The notes beneath the pieces are model-generated. The model saw only the letters and a list, made by a program, of their open reading frames with translations. It was not told where the DNA came from and did not search any database. From Promethearchaeota archaeon (lineage in GTDB: Archaea > Asgardarchaeota > Lokiarchaeia > Sigyniarchaeales > SOKP01): 64,000 nucleotides of DNA. Within the stretch, counting starts at the first letter, position 1. Every line of letters starts with the position of its first letter. The stretch spans positions 1 through 64,000 of the forward strand of contig JAHPZJ010000024.1 in assembly GCA_019058245.1 (NCBI GenBank), in the 5' to 3' direction. Position numbers and translations under genes: made by a program. Positions 40,393 through 50,986 of this stretch are shown in pieces.

Positions 40393-41718
40393 TTAAGGAA
40401 CATTATCAAGGGGTATTCCAAATTTTAAAGAGTAACCAATTTTTTTAAGATCATCAGTGAAGTAGTTAGGATGCGTATACATGCTTATATGAATCCAATT
40501 ATTATTTTTTAAGACTGAAATATGATGAGAAAACATCCTCACAATACCTTGATTTAGAAATTCTATTTCTCCTTCCCTAGCAATATTTCCATCACTTAAT
40601 GTTATTTGTTTATCAGAAATAATCTTGATATTTTTCGCTGATTTCTTTAAAACACTAACAATCGCCTTTGTGGTATCTTCCAACCTTATGGATGGATCAA
40701 TTTCAGAAACACTTATATGCAGATTTTTGAAATTATCTTTAGAAGCTGCAAACATTTGAGACGTATTGGGTATAGGATTTACTTGGACTAAGTAGTCAGG
40801 GTAAGAAATTGAAAATGCAAGCGATTCGGAATTGTACTCATAAAAATTATCTTTTATTTCTCTTACAGGTGTAGGAAATTTTTCACTAATCTTTACTGCA
40901 TCATTTTTTATCCGATCAAATCTATCTTTTATTAAGTCTATATACTCTGGATGAGTCATAATATAAAATACATCATTTTGAATAGCATAAATTACCATTT
41001 CTGCCACAACCTCTGGATCCATCCCTAATCCTGACATTTTTACAAGATTTTCTATAAGTGGTCGATTTATTTCTGCTTCTTTTGGTGATGGTCGATAAAA
41101 ATCCTTAAGATCAGTCCTCAAACGAATTGTATTTTTTAAAATATTTGTATTTATTAAGCCCGGGCAAAGAACAGAAGCCCCAACATTAGTATTAAAACAT
41201 TGATGTGCAATCATTTCACTTATAGAAACAACTGCGAACTTTGACGCAGTATAAGGGCCACCTCTCCCCGTAAGATGTCCTCCTACTGATGCAGTATTTA
41301 CTATATGACATGGTTCTCCACTTTTCAACATACGTTTTAAAAAAGAAATAATTCCATGGATCACTCCAAAAAGATTAATTTTTAGAGTGTGATTCCAATT
41401 TCCTATTTCTAAAAGATGAGCAGGACCAGTACCTCCTACTCCAGCATTATTACATAGTATATTCACTTTCCCAAATTGCTCATAAGAAGCATTAGCGAGT
41501 TCTCTAACCTGATTTAGGTCGCTCACATCAGTAACAAAGGATAAAACTTCAGCACCCATCTTATTAAGACTTATTAATGCATCGTTTAAAGATCTTTTAT
41601 TAATATCTGCTATAACAATTTTCATACCTCGTTTAGCAAATGCATGAGCCAATGATAATCCAATCCCACTTCCCCCACCTGTAACTACAGCAACCTTTCC
41701 TTCAAAATTCTTTATCAT
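40393..41718 (-). CDS. Short-chain dehydrogenase/reductase with C-terminal PsbP/DcrB-like domain
   Basis: TGGGSGIG, NNAG, YTASK; extra ~130-aa tail beginning FSISYP. Likely ATG at 41718; ORF track starts at 41841. Confidence 0.82.
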   Translation of the reverse strand: MIKNFEGKVAVVTGGGSGIGLSLAHAFAKRGMKIVIADINKRSLNDALISLNKMGAEVLSFVTDVSDLNQVRELANASYEQFGKVNILCNNAGVGGTGPAHLLEIGNWNHTLKINLFGVIHGIISFLKRMLKSGEPCHIVNTASVGGHLTGRGGPYTASKFAVVSISEMIAHQCFNTNVGASVLCPGLINTNILKNTIRLRTDLKDFYRPSPKEAEINRPLIENLVKMSGLGMDPEVVAEMVIYAIQNDVFYIMTHPEYIDLIKDRFDRIKNDAVKISEKFPTPVREIKDNFYEYNSESLAFSISYPDYLVQVNPIPNTSQMFAASKDNFKNLHISVSEIDPSIRLEDTTKAIVSVLKKSAKNIKIISDKQITLSDGNIAREGEIEFLNQGIVRMFSHHISVLKNNNWIHISMYTHPNYFTDDLKKIGYSLKFGIPLDNVP

Positions 41719-41896
41719 AATTATCTTACTAGATATTTTTTTTGATTTCTTAATACGTAGAAAATATGTAAGATTATTTAAAAAGTAATTCTTCAAAACA
41801 GTAATTTGATGTATTTTCAAGCAAGTTTTAGAAGAAAGCAAATAGTAACTTGATTTTCAAAAAACTTCTTTAGTCTTTTCTTCTATTTGTTTATTA

Positions 41897-43138
41897 ATGG
41901 CTGATAAATCAATTTCATGTCTAGTTGTTGGATTTAATACTCGTCCTTTAGCTTACTCCTTAAACAGAGCAGGATATGATGTTTATGCTGTAGATTTCTT
42001 TGGTGATTTGGATTTATTTCCATATGTAAATGATTCTATTGTTATATTGCAGGTTTTAAATAGTAATTATAATTCATTGAAGGATAAATATAGCCAATAT
42101 TTAGTACAATATGCAATAAAATTATATTATAAACATCAAGATACACATTTTTTCTTAATAGGGAGTGGTTTAGATGATGATTATGAAGGAAGAAAACTTA
42201 TTTTAGATGAACTTAAAACATCTAATATTAAAAGTGTCAATAATGATTTAGAGATTATTGAAAGAGCTAGAAATATTGAATCAATTTTTGAATTTTTAAA
42301 ATCTTACGGTTATAAAATACCAAGATCTTTTTCTTTTGAAGATTTGAACATACATAAATTAAACGTAGAATATCCTTTCATATTAAAAAAAAAGAGAAGT
42401 GCTGGAGGGATTAATGTATTTAAAATTAGAAATGAAAAGGAATTATTCTCTCACATAAAATCCTTCGAAGAAAAATTTTTTAATCCAAATGAATGGCTAA
42501 TTCAGGAATATATTGAGGGAATTCCTGTAAGTTGTACAGTAATTTCGAATGGTGAGGAATCTGAAGTTATTTCTATTAACCGTCAAATTATTGGTATGAA
42601 ATGTCTAAATTCACCAAAATCTTTTATGTATTGTGGAAATATAGTCCCTGCAGGAATTTCGAAAGATCAAGAAAAAATAATATCAGAAATATCTGTTCTT
42701 TTAACCAAAAAATTAGGTTTAAAAGGGATTAATGGTTTTGATTTTGTATTAAAAGATAATTATCCATATCTTATGGAATGTAATCCTAGAATCCCTGGTT
42801 CAATTAGAGCTTCTGAAATTGCTTTAGATTTAAATCTTTTAGACCTTCATATAAAAAGTTTTATCCCAAATCAATGGAACGAACTTAAAAAACTGATAAA
42901 GAATGCTGAAATTAAGTATATTGCCACAAAATTAATATATTTTGCCCCCAAAAAAATTGATAAAAAAATAATACCAAAAATCAATAATCTAAAGTATATT
43001 CATGATAAATCTGAATCAGATAGAGATATTATAAAAGGGGATCCTTTATGTTCTATATTATATAAAGCAAAAAACCATTTAGAGTCTTATAATGGAGCAT
43101 TAAAGATTGTAGAGAAAATAAATAATATAATTAAATGA
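41897..43138 (+). CDS. ATP-grasp family protein (archaeal, C1/pterin-associated type)
   Basis: AVDFFGDLD, ILKKKRSAGG, IQEYIEG, GINGFDF, ECNPR. Confidence 0.82.
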   Translation: MADKSISCLVVGFNTRPLAYSLNRAGYDVYAVDFFGDLDLFPYVNDSIVILQVLNSNYNSLKDKYSQYLVQYAIKLYYKHQDTHFFLIGSGLDDDYEGRKLILDELKTSNIKSVNNDLEIIERARNIESIFEFLKSYGYKIPRSFSFEDLNIHKLNVEYPFILKKKRSAGGINVFKIRNEKELFSHIKSFEEKFFNPNEWLIQEYIEGIPVSCTVISNGEESEVISINRQIIGMKCLNSPKSFMYCGNIVPAGISKDQEKIISEISVLLTKKLGLKGINGFDFVLKDNYPYLMECNPRIPGSIRASEIALDLNLLDLHIKSFIPNQWNELKKLIKNAEIKYIATKLIYFAPKKIDKKIIPKINNLKYIHDKSESDRDIIKGDPLCSILYKAKNHLESYNGALKIVEKINNIIK

Positions 43139-43157
43139 CATCTTTTATTGAATTCTT

Positions 43158-43895
43158 CTATTGAATGATTGTTTTAATCTTTGCGATGTAACCGCCTAAT
43201 TTTCTACCATCTGATTCAGGAACCGCGAGTGCTAAAAGGCGATTCTCATCTAAATCATGCAATATTACTGAACCATTTTCTCCACCAATTATGGAATATT
43301 CCATATGACTTTCTAGTAATACTCCAGATAAGTTATATAAAGCTGCCACCATAGCTGAAAGAATTGGTTCAGGCATTGTAGACTGTATTTTTATTGGTAA
43401 TCCATCTTTTGTAATTATTGCTAAAACAAGAGTATTTGGTATTGCTCTTTTAAGACCTTTAAATATTTCTTCCTTAAGAATATCAGAAGTTTCAATAATA
43501 GCAGATATTTGCAGACTTAATTTTTGTAATTTATTTATATATGAATCTAATCCTTCAAGTTCAGCTAATTCTCTATTGAGATAACAAATCATAGTTAGAT
43601 TTTCTACTAAAATTGAAAGAATAATCTGATCTTTACCAGTAATTAAATTATAAGATACTTCTTGATTAAGCGAATCCCTTAACATTTTAGATGATAGATA
43701 TACAAGGCTGCTATTTGCGGCAGTGACTTCTCCAGTCGTCATCTTCATATCTTTTTTGAAAATACTCGAAATTTGTGTTCCTTCTGGAGTTCCTACATTA
43801 ATACCAATTATTGCTGATGAGGATTCCATTTCTTTTTCAACTAATTCTAAAACATCAGCTTTTAATTCCTCTAGAATCTTTTCTTGTCTTTCCAT
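43158..43895 (-). CDS. Tandem (double) roadblock/LC7 domain protein
   Basis: Two roadblock units, INVGTPEGTQISS and LAIITKDGLPI...SAMVAAL...GENGSVIL. Confidence 0.8.
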   Translation of the reverse strand: MERQEKILEELKADVLELVEKEMESSSAIIGINVGTPEGTQISSIFKKDMKMTTGEVTAANSSLVYLSSKMLRDSLNQEVSYNLITGKDQIILSILVENLTMICYLNRELAELEGLDSYINKLQKLSLQISAIIETSDILKEEIFKGLKRAIPNTLVLAIITKDGLPIKIQSTMPEPILSAMVAALYNLSGVLLESHMEYSIIGGENGSVILHDLDENRLLALAVPESDGRKLGGYIAKIKTIIQ

Positions 43896-44100
43896 GAATG
43901 AATATTAATATATATGAACATAAAAAGATATTCTAATAATTGAGTAATAATTTTAGGAATATTGATATAGAAATATGTTCAACTTATAATATAGTAGATT
44001 ACTATTTTACAAAAATTAGTAAAAAGAAATTGCAAAATAAACTTATAAAATGTAATCATTATAATAAAAAATATAAATAAAGACTATTGTGATCTTGTTA

Positions 44101-44907
44101 ATGGATAATTCATACGAAATAAAAAAACGTCTGGAAGCTAAAGACAGCTTAATAAAATTAAAGGATGAACAAATCAAAGCTCTTGAAGAAGCTCTAAAAG
44201 TAAAAGATGAACAAATCGAAACACTTGAGAAAACGATAAAAACTAAAGACGATGGAACCAAAACTTTAGAAAAAACCTTAAAATTAAAGGATGAAGAAAT
44301 AAAAAAGTTAAGCTCTGCAGCTATAGATCCAGATATTGTAAAAGAAAAGGAAGAAGCAATAAGTCAACTCAAGAAAGAACTTGAGATACTAAACGAAGAA
44401 TTAACAAAGGCAGATGAAGAATTAGAAAGCTTAGAATTAGAAAATGAAAAATTGAGACAGGATAAATCTAGCTCTACTGATTCAGCAATAGTGGATTTTA
44501 CAAAAATACAAATACCTAAATCTGAAATTCTTAAGAAAATGAGAGAAATATTAGAGAATTCAATTTCCAATGTTACTATTGTTGTTCCTACTATAGAAGA
44601 TTTACAGGAACTTTATTTATATGAACTTAGATCTTCTGTAAGCATGAAGATTGCTTGTTCAATTAATCCTGGTATTAGTGAACACTCAGAACTATTAGAG
44701 GAGTTTGAAAGTTTAGATAATATTTCAATAAGAAATTATGAAAGAGGAGATAGATTTGTACTGACTAGAGACGGAGAAGAACTCTTAATAGCAGTTAGAG
44801 GTAACTCTGAAAACAATAATTTAGTAGTCCATACAAAAGATCCGAAACATTTTAAATTATTAAATTCTATTGCCACAGAAGGCTGGATACAAAGTAGAAA
44901 AATATAA
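44101..44907 (+). CDS. Coiled-coil protein with C-terminal PLD/TrmB-effector-like domain
   Basis: 14-aa repeats (KDEQIKALEEALKV, KDEQIETLEKTIKT, ...); C-terminal VTIVVP ... RDGEELLIA. ATG at 44101; ORF track starts at GTG 44089. Confidence 0.6.
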   Translation: MDNSYEIKKRLEAKDSLIKLKDEQIKALEEALKVKDEQIETLEKTIKTKDDGTKTLEKTLKLKDEEIKKLSSAAIDPDIVKEKEEAISQLKKELEILNEELTKADEELESLELENEKLRQDKSSSTDSAIVDFTKIQIPKSEILKKMREILENSISNVTIVVPTIEDLQELYLYELRSSVSMKIACSINPGISEHSELLEEFESLDNISIRNYERGDRFVLTRDGEELLIAVRGNSENNNLVVHTKDPKHFKLLNSIATEGWIQSRKI

Positions 44908-44919
44908 ATTATCTAATTT

Positions 44920-45648
44920 TTAGAAAATAGGGCATTTTTCCTTTTCACATCTATCATTCTTATCAGAAAAAATACAATTCTTATAATTGTAATCTAATTC
45001 AATCTGAAAAGTTTCCTTTAAAAACTTCAAGGTTTCAAAAATAGAAAGTCTTACTGATCTTTTACAACAATGTTCTAAATTATCAGCAATTTTGTTAAGA
45101 GATCTTGATGTAATTTGATTTGCTAAGGTTCTAGGATAATTTTTTGAAGGGGTTGCTCCCGTAAATATACTTATTGCCACTCCAGATCCCATCCCTGCAC
45201 CACAAGAACCATAAAATCCACACCAGCCACCAGGAATTTTAGATGCTCTTCTAATTGCTTCTTTTATATCAAATAAAGTAATTTCAGTTCCATCAGGTTT
45301 TTTTATATCATTATTCTTAAGTGCTGTAATAATAACAGCTGGCGTCAAAACATGATGTTCTGGACCATAAACTTTGAAATTTGGATGTTTCATTATGGTA
45401 TCAGCTAATTCAAATGGATCCTTAATTTTGGTCTCACTACAAATTTTTTCAATGATTTCAATTGGACCTTTAGAATGACATGCATCACAAATATAATGTC
45501 CATCCTCACAGTAAACATTAGAATTAAATATTTTCCCACAAAATTCGCAGTTCAGTTCCTTATACTCTTCTTGTTTTATCGTATAAATTAAATTTCTACC
45601 GCAAATTTCACATTTATCGCTTTTTTTTTCCCCCATTATCACTTTCAT
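44920..45648 (-). CDS. DUF5714 Cys-rich protein
   Basis: CEICG, CEFCG, CEDGHYICDACH, GPEHH, GGWCGFYGSCGA, HCCKR. Confidence 0.85.
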   Translation of the reverse strand: MKVIMGEKKSDKCEICGRNLIYTIKQEEYKELNCEFCGKIFNSNVYCEDGHYICDACHSKGPIEIIEKICSETKIKDPFELADTIMKHPNFKVYGPEHHVLTPAVIITALKNNDIKKPDGTEITLFDIKEAIRRASKIPGGWCGFYGSCGAGMGSGVAISIFTGATPSKNYPRTLANQITSRSLNKIADNLEHCCKRSVRLSIFETLKFLKETFQIELDYNYKNCIFSDKNDRCEKEKCPIF

Positions 45649-45656
45649 CCTCTTAA

Positions 45657-46520
45657 TTAACTAATTTCTATATATTTTCTTTTTCTTTTATTAAAATGAG
45701 CTAATTCAGAAAAACCTATCTTTTTCAACAATTTTATCATTTTTTTAAATTTATAACCAAGATCTTTAGGACGATGAGCATCTGAACCTAAGAGAACTGG
45801 GATTCCCAATTCATAAATTTTTTCAATAATTTCAAAACTAGGATATTGTTCTTTTATTTCTTTTCTTAGACCTCCAGTATTAATTTCCATTGTTAAATCT
45901 CTCTTTTTAATAAGCTCTAGAGTTGCAATAACTTCATCCATAACCAAATCATTGTTAATTGCTCTTTTATTGTATTTTTTTGGTAAATCAAAATGACTAA
46001 CAACATCAAAATCAAATTCTTTTGATTTTATCATATCCTGTAATTTACGATAATATTCCAGATAGATTTTATCTATACTCTCAAATTCTTTATACATACT
46101 TAAGAATCTTCTATCATCAATAGCAAAAAGCTTTGATTTTCCATGTAATATATGAACAGAACCTAAGATGTAATCTAAATCATTCAACTTATTTTTAAGC
46201 TGTAAATTTAGAAAACTCTCATAGCTTTTGAAATAATCAACCTCAAATGCAGTTCTTACCTGTATTTTATTTTTATATTTATCCTTTAATTCTTTTATCG
46301 TTGAGAGATATATATCTACTTCATTTAAACGCATAGAATATTCTTGATAAGGAACTTCCTCAATTAAGATAGGGCTACTCTTAAGATATTCATACGGAAA
46401 ATGATCACTAATTCCAATAAGATTCAATTTCTTTTCAATAGCTTTTTTAATATAATCCTCAATTGAGCCAACTGCGTGATTACACATTTGATTATGAGTG
46501 TGATAATCTTCTAAAACCAT
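45657..46520 (-). CDS. PHP-family histidinol-phosphatase (HisJ/HisK)
   Basis: DYHTH..CNHA, ISDH, GSVH, SHFDL, EINTGG, LGSDAH; ATG at 46520. Confidence 0.85.
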   Translation of the reverse strand: MVLEDYHTHNQMCNHAVGSIEDYIKKAIEKKLNLIGISDHFPYEYLKSSPILIEEVPYQEYSMRLNEVDIYLSTIKELKDKYKNKIQVRTAFEVDYFKSYESFLNLQLKNKLNDLDYILGSVHILHGKSKLFAIDDRRFLSMYKEFESIDKIYLEYYRKLQDMIKSKEFDFDVVSHFDLPKKYNKRAINNDLVMDEVIATLELIKKRDLTMEINTGGLRKEIKEQYPSFEIIEKIYELGIPVLLGSDAHRPKDLGYKFKKMIKLLKKIGFSELAHFNKRKRKYIEIS

Positions 46521-46675
46521 ATTGTATTTTAAAAGTATTTTAAAAAAGATAAAATTAATTATAACCAATTATAAGCTGATTTTTTAGAATTTAAGAATAA
46601 AATATTTGATGATGAATGTGAAGTATTTACTTGCATTTTTGGTAAAGACGTAAAAGAAGAGTCTTAAAAATTGAT

Positions 46676-47461
46676 TTAATTATTTACACACTTAAAAACT
46701 ATCTGCCAACAATACTGCTTTAAATAATTTATACCATATAATGGGGATTCAATCTTATTTAGAATCTTATATAATAACCTAAAAAGAATGGGTTTTCTCA
46801 AAAAATTCCTGAAGAACATAGCTAATGGAGATAAAAGATAATATTCATAATGAACTAAATTTCCAAAAATTCTTTGTGATCTTAAAACATCTTTCATGAA
46901 TAAGGGATGTTCGTATTTAGTTCTGCTTTTTGGGGCAAAATACTTTCTATTTAATTCTACTATTGGATTTTTTTTTAATGGTTCTATAAAGGAAATAAAA
47001 CCTTTTTTCTTAAGCAATCGTTTACATTCTCGATAAAATAGATTTATGTCAGGTAAATGATGAATGATCCTTGATCCAACAATTATATCAAATGCATTAT
47101 CTTCAAAGTCAGGAACTTGTGCATTCATAACTATAAAATCTATTTTAAGATGATTTTCCTTGCTCCTTATATTACATAAATCAATGTAATTTTTTGAAAG
47201 ATCGATACCTGTTACAATAGCTCCTTTTTGAGCAAGATATAAAGAAAGATCACCTTTTCCGCATCCAACATCTAAAATTTTCTTATTTTTAACTTTTCCA
47301 ATTAGATTTTTAAATTTTAAATGAGCTAATCTAAAAAAACTCTCATCTTCTAAGTCCTGAATTTTTCCTGATTGTAGTTTATTTTTACTATAATAAGATA
47401 CTTCATTCTTGAAAATATGATTATATTTAGAAAGGGTTTTGGTTCTATCTATATCATTCAT
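46676..47461 (-). CDS. Class I SAM-dependent methyltransferase
   Basis: ILDVGCGKG, GIDLS, FDIIV...IHH, LLKKKG. Confidence 0.9.
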   Translation of the reverse strand: MNDIDRTKTLSKYNHIFKNEVSYYSKNKLQSGKIQDLEDESFFRLAHLKFKNLIGKVKNKKILDVGCGKGDLSLYLAQKGAIVTGIDLSKNYIDLCNIRSKENHLKIDFIVMNAQVPDFEDNAFDIIVGSRIIHHLPDINLFYRECKRLLKKKGFISFIEPLKKNPIVELNRKYFAPKSRTKYEHPLFMKDVLRSQRIFGNLVHYEYYLLSPLAMFFRNFLRKPILFRLLYKILNKIESPLYGINYLKQYCWQIVFKCVNN

Positions 47462-47586
47462 AAATATCGAATCTAAAAATATCAGTTATTTTAGATAATT
47501 ATTTCTGAGTTTTTTATATTATTATCTTATTAATTGTTTTTATTTGAAGGTAATTTAAAGAATTAAAATACAAGGAAAAGAATTCC

Positions 47587-48243
47587 CTAATTTTTAATAT
47601 ACTGTTTGATATATCTTTGAACTTCGCTTGCAGGTTGAAATATTCCAAAATGCCCCTCACACAAAATATCTGCCTTCAAATCTAATAACTTTTTTAAGGA
47701 ATTTTGATAATCTTGGAAATCACTCACACCAGGAATTATAGGGCCATGCAAATCTTGACCAAATAATATTTTTTTTTTCTTATCTTCTGTTTCAAGTAAA
47801 ATAGAGATAGATCCGGGAGTATGACCAGGAGTATGGAAACATTGAAAATCATAAATTCCAAATTTCAATAGTTCAAAATCTCCTTTCAATCTTTTTTCAA
47901 GCTTAACAGGTTTATAGTATATTCCATACCATCCTGCAACAGTTTCATTGTCGTGCCCTTCTTCTTCTATTGCATAAGCATCTAATTCATGAGCATAAAA
48001 CTTTACTTTTTTATTATATTTTTTAAGATCTGAACAAGCTCCTATATGATCGATATGAAAATGCGTAATAATACAATGTTTTATATCCATAGTATTTAAT
48101 CCAAGTATACTAATTCTTTTTAATAAATCTAAACTCATCCCACAATCAATTAGGATAAGACCATCCTCACTCTGAGAATTAACTAGATATACAGAACAAC
48201 CAACGTCTCCAACATGATATACATCTTTATAAACTTCTTTCAT
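47587..48243 (-). CDS. MBL-fold hydrolase (glyoxalase II-like)
   Basis: IDCG, THFHIDH, TPGHTPGS, CEGH. Confidence 0.88.
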   Translation of the reverse strand: MKEVYKDVYHVGDVGCSVYLVNSQSEDGLILIDCGMSLDLLKRISILGLNTMDIKHCIITHFHIDHIGACSDLKKYNKKVKFYAHELDAYAIEEEGHDNETVAGWYGIYYKPVKLEKRLKGDFELLKFGIYDFQCFHTPGHTPGSISILLETEDKKKKILFGQDLHGPIIPGVSDFQDYQNSLKKLLDLKADILCEGHFGIFQPASEVQRYIKQYIKN

Positions 48244-48309
48244 AATACAATCATTTTTTTTTAATGATATTAAGCCTTTTTTATATAAAACTCGTTATTT
48301 TTATATTAA

Positions 48310-49035
48310 TTATTCTTCCATAATTAAATTAAAAAGTTTGTCAGGATAGTCCGTATAAATGGCAGCTACTTTTTTATTATAATTATTTAATTTTAGAACT
48401 TTCTTCATACCCAATTTCGTATTTACACCCCATACATAACAATTAAAGTCATTTTCAACTACAATTTTAAATAAATCTTCAATATGTCTTGAAAATTTTA
48501 GATTAATTATATTTATATCTAATTTTTTTAATTTTTTAAAGCTCTGAGCTTCATATTTAATATTACTAATATTTGATGTTAATGTGTATATAAGCTTAAC
48601 TTTTTTGTTTATATTTCTAAGGTGAGATAATACTTTCAATCTACGGTCAGTTATTACTATTTTATTTAGGAGCGCGTATTTTTCTGCGATAGTTAAAAGT
48701 TTAACCCCTACTTCTTTATTTTCAATATCAAAACTAAATCTTATATTATTTAAGTTATTTTTAAATACTTGAAAAACTTCATGAACCAATGGAATTACTC
48801 TTTCATCTGCAAATTTGATTTTTTTTATCTCTTCAAAAGTAAATTTTCTAACAGGATGGTATTTATTGTCTATTTTGAAATATCTATCATGAAAACAAAT
48901 TAATTTTTTATCTTTTGTTGCTCTAATATCTGTTTCTATTCCTGCTCCCATACTTATTGCCTTTTTGAAAGAAATCATTGTATTTTCAATCTCATAACCT
49001 GAAGCTCCTCGATGAGCAAAAATATAGGGTTTCAT
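48310..49035 (-). CDS. Glycerophosphodiester phosphodiesterase
   Basis: AHRGASG...ENT, ETDI...KD...HD, VWGVN, YTDYP. Confidence 0.88.
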   Translation of the reverse strand: MKPYIFAHRGASGYEIENTMISFKKAISMGAGIETDIRATKDKKLICFHDRYFKIDNKYHPVRKFTFEEIKKIKFADERVIPLVHEVFQVFKNNLNNIRFSFDIENKEVGVKLLTIAEKYALLNKIVITDRRLKVLSHLRNINKKVKLIYTLTSNISNIKYEAQSFKKLKKLDINIINLKFSRHIEDLFKIVVENDFNCYVWGVNTKLGMKKVLKLNNYNKKVAAIYTDYPDKLFNLIMEE

Positions 49036-49143
49036 TTTTAAATTAAATATCTGATCAATTTGTTAAGAATTGTTGAAAATAATAGTTTTTATAGAAATCA
49101 AAATTACTAATATTACTTAATATTTACCAAGATTTTGATTATT

Positions 49144-49956
49144 ATGGAACAAGAGGATAATAATAAACAACAAAATGAGAATCTCTCCTTTTCAACAAGA
49201 CTGAAAAATTATTTCAAGAATTTATTAGATTTTTCGCATTATGAAACAAAAACTCTAATATTCATTATTATATTTTTAATTTTAGTCATTCTCTCATTAT
49301 TATTAGTAATTTACAACTATTTCATTGATCCCACCTTTTTATATTCAATTGTAGTCAATTTTTTTGTCAACCCAGTTCAAGCCCTAGGATTTTTTGGAAT
49401 TCTATTTTTCATTGCTATAATGGCGCTTCAAGGCTTAATTATACCTATCCCTAGCGAAATCGTTCTTTTAGCTGCTGGAATGATTTGGGATGTTTTATAT
49501 GGAGGAATAATGGGGATTATTGGATCATTAGCAGCAGGATTATTATGTTTTTATCTTAGCAGAAAAGGAGGTCGTCCCCTCGCAGAAAAACTTGTTGGAA
49601 AAAAAGCTATAAATATGGCGGATGATTTTATTGAAAAATACGGTATTTGGGCAATTCTAATCTCAAGAACACTTCCATTTATCGCTTTTGATCCAATCAG
49701 TTATGCATCTGGGATTGTTGATATGGATGCAAAAAAATATACATTAGGAACTCTAATAGGTGCAATTCCTCGTGCATTCTTCTTTGCTTGGCTAGGCTCT
49801 CTCTTTGGAATTGATCCTTCGAACACTAATATTAAAGCTCAATCTACTTTATTTAATTTGATCTTTTTAATCATAGTGGCTGTTTTAGGTGGAATATTCG
49901 TTATATATTACCTTTTGGGAAGATATTATGAAAAGAAGAAACAACAAAAAAATTGA
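49144..49956 (+). CDS. DedA / TVP38-TMEM64 (VTT domain) membrane protein
   Basis: PIPSE, SRKGGRP, SRTLPFIAFDPISYASG. Confidence 0.88.
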   Translation: MEQEDNNKQQNENLSFSTRLKNYFKNLLDFSHYETKTLIFIIIFLILVILSLLLVIYNYFIDPTFLYSIVVNFFVNPVQALGFFGILFFIAIMALQGLIIPIPSEIVLLAAGMIWDVLYGGIMGIIGSLAAGLLCFYLSRKGGRPLAEKLVGKKAINMADDFIEKYGIWAILISRTLPFIAFDPISYASGIVDMDAKKYTLGTLIGAIPRAFFFAWLGSLFGIDPSNTNIKAQSTLFNLIFLIIVAVLGGIFVIYYLLGRYYEKKKQQKN

Positions 49957-50078
49957 TTACCTAAATTCTAAATTACTATTTGCATTTTTTTCTGTAATAA
50001 ATTTTGTTTAGGATAAATGTGAAAAATAATACTGTGATATTATTCCCCTTTTTAATTTAAGCCAATTTAAAATAGCGT

Positions 50079-50252
50079 ATGAATGAAAATGAAAAATATT
50101 TCAAAAAAATTGATTTTGACAGTAATTTTGAATTGAACTTGACAGAATTTTATAAAGAACTCAATAAAGCAATAAGTACAAGTAATCTCCAATCGATTTA
50201 TGAGCTTTCAAAGATTTTCACGAGATATTTCTTTAAAAAAATGGATAATTAA
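50079..50252 (+). CDS. Uncalled 57-aa hypothetical protein
   Basis: ATG..TAA ORF MNENEKYFKKIDFDSNFELNLTEFYKELNKAISTSNLQSIYELSKIFTRYFFKKMDN in an AT-rich spacer; amphipathic helical pattern. Confidence 0.45.
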   Translation: MNENEKYFKKIDFDSNFELNLTEFYKELNKAISTSNLQSIYELSKIFTRYFFKKMDN

Positions 50253-50526
50253 AAATTTTCTAACTCAAATCTAAAAATACTGAGTTTACTCCTTTTTCTT
50301 GAATAGTTTATATTAGGATCTGATATATTGATAACTATAGACTTTTATTTATTTAAAAATATTTTATAGTTTTTGTAAAAAAAAAATCTTTTTTGTGTAC
50401 AAATATGGATTGTCCGTACTACTGTTATAAAAATTTTTCGATTTGCGTTCATTTAAAAATTCAAATTTTTATTATCAAAACATAGGTATAATAGATTAAT
50501 AAACTACTAAAAAAAGAGGAAATAAT

Positions 50527-50784
50527 ATGACAGTTAGCCCACAAGACTATGAAAAAATAATAGAAGATAACCTAAAAGATGAATTAGATTGGTTAGTCGA
50601 AGAATTTGACCAACTTTTTAAAGAAAAAAATAGAAAATATACTCAAGAAGATATCAATATTGCTAATCGAATTCTAGATCAAATAATCGACGGTATTAAG
50701 ACCAATAATAGTGAAGAGCTTCTAAATCTATTAGCCATTACATTAAACAGACTTGAGACTAGATTCCCAGAATTTTTTAGATAG
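50527..50784 (+). CDS. Small acidic helical hypothetical protein
   Basis: 85 aa with GAGG SD upstream. Confidence 0.7.
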   Translation: MTVSPQDYEKIIEDNLKDELDWLVEEFDQLFKEKNRKYTQEDINIANRILDQIIDGIKTNNSEELLNLLAITLNRLETRFPEFFR

Positions 50785-50986
50785 GTTATAAAGTTAGATT
50801 TACTCCTATACCTAAATTATAAAATCCAAAGGATAGAAAATCCAAAAAAAATCAAAGTCCTAACACTTTTCTAATAATATTTTCTTCTTTAGGAAACAAA
50901 ATCCCTAAAAATTGTGGAATAAATATATAAATAATTTAAATAATAGATTTACTAATCATCAATATATAATTATAAATATCTTACCA

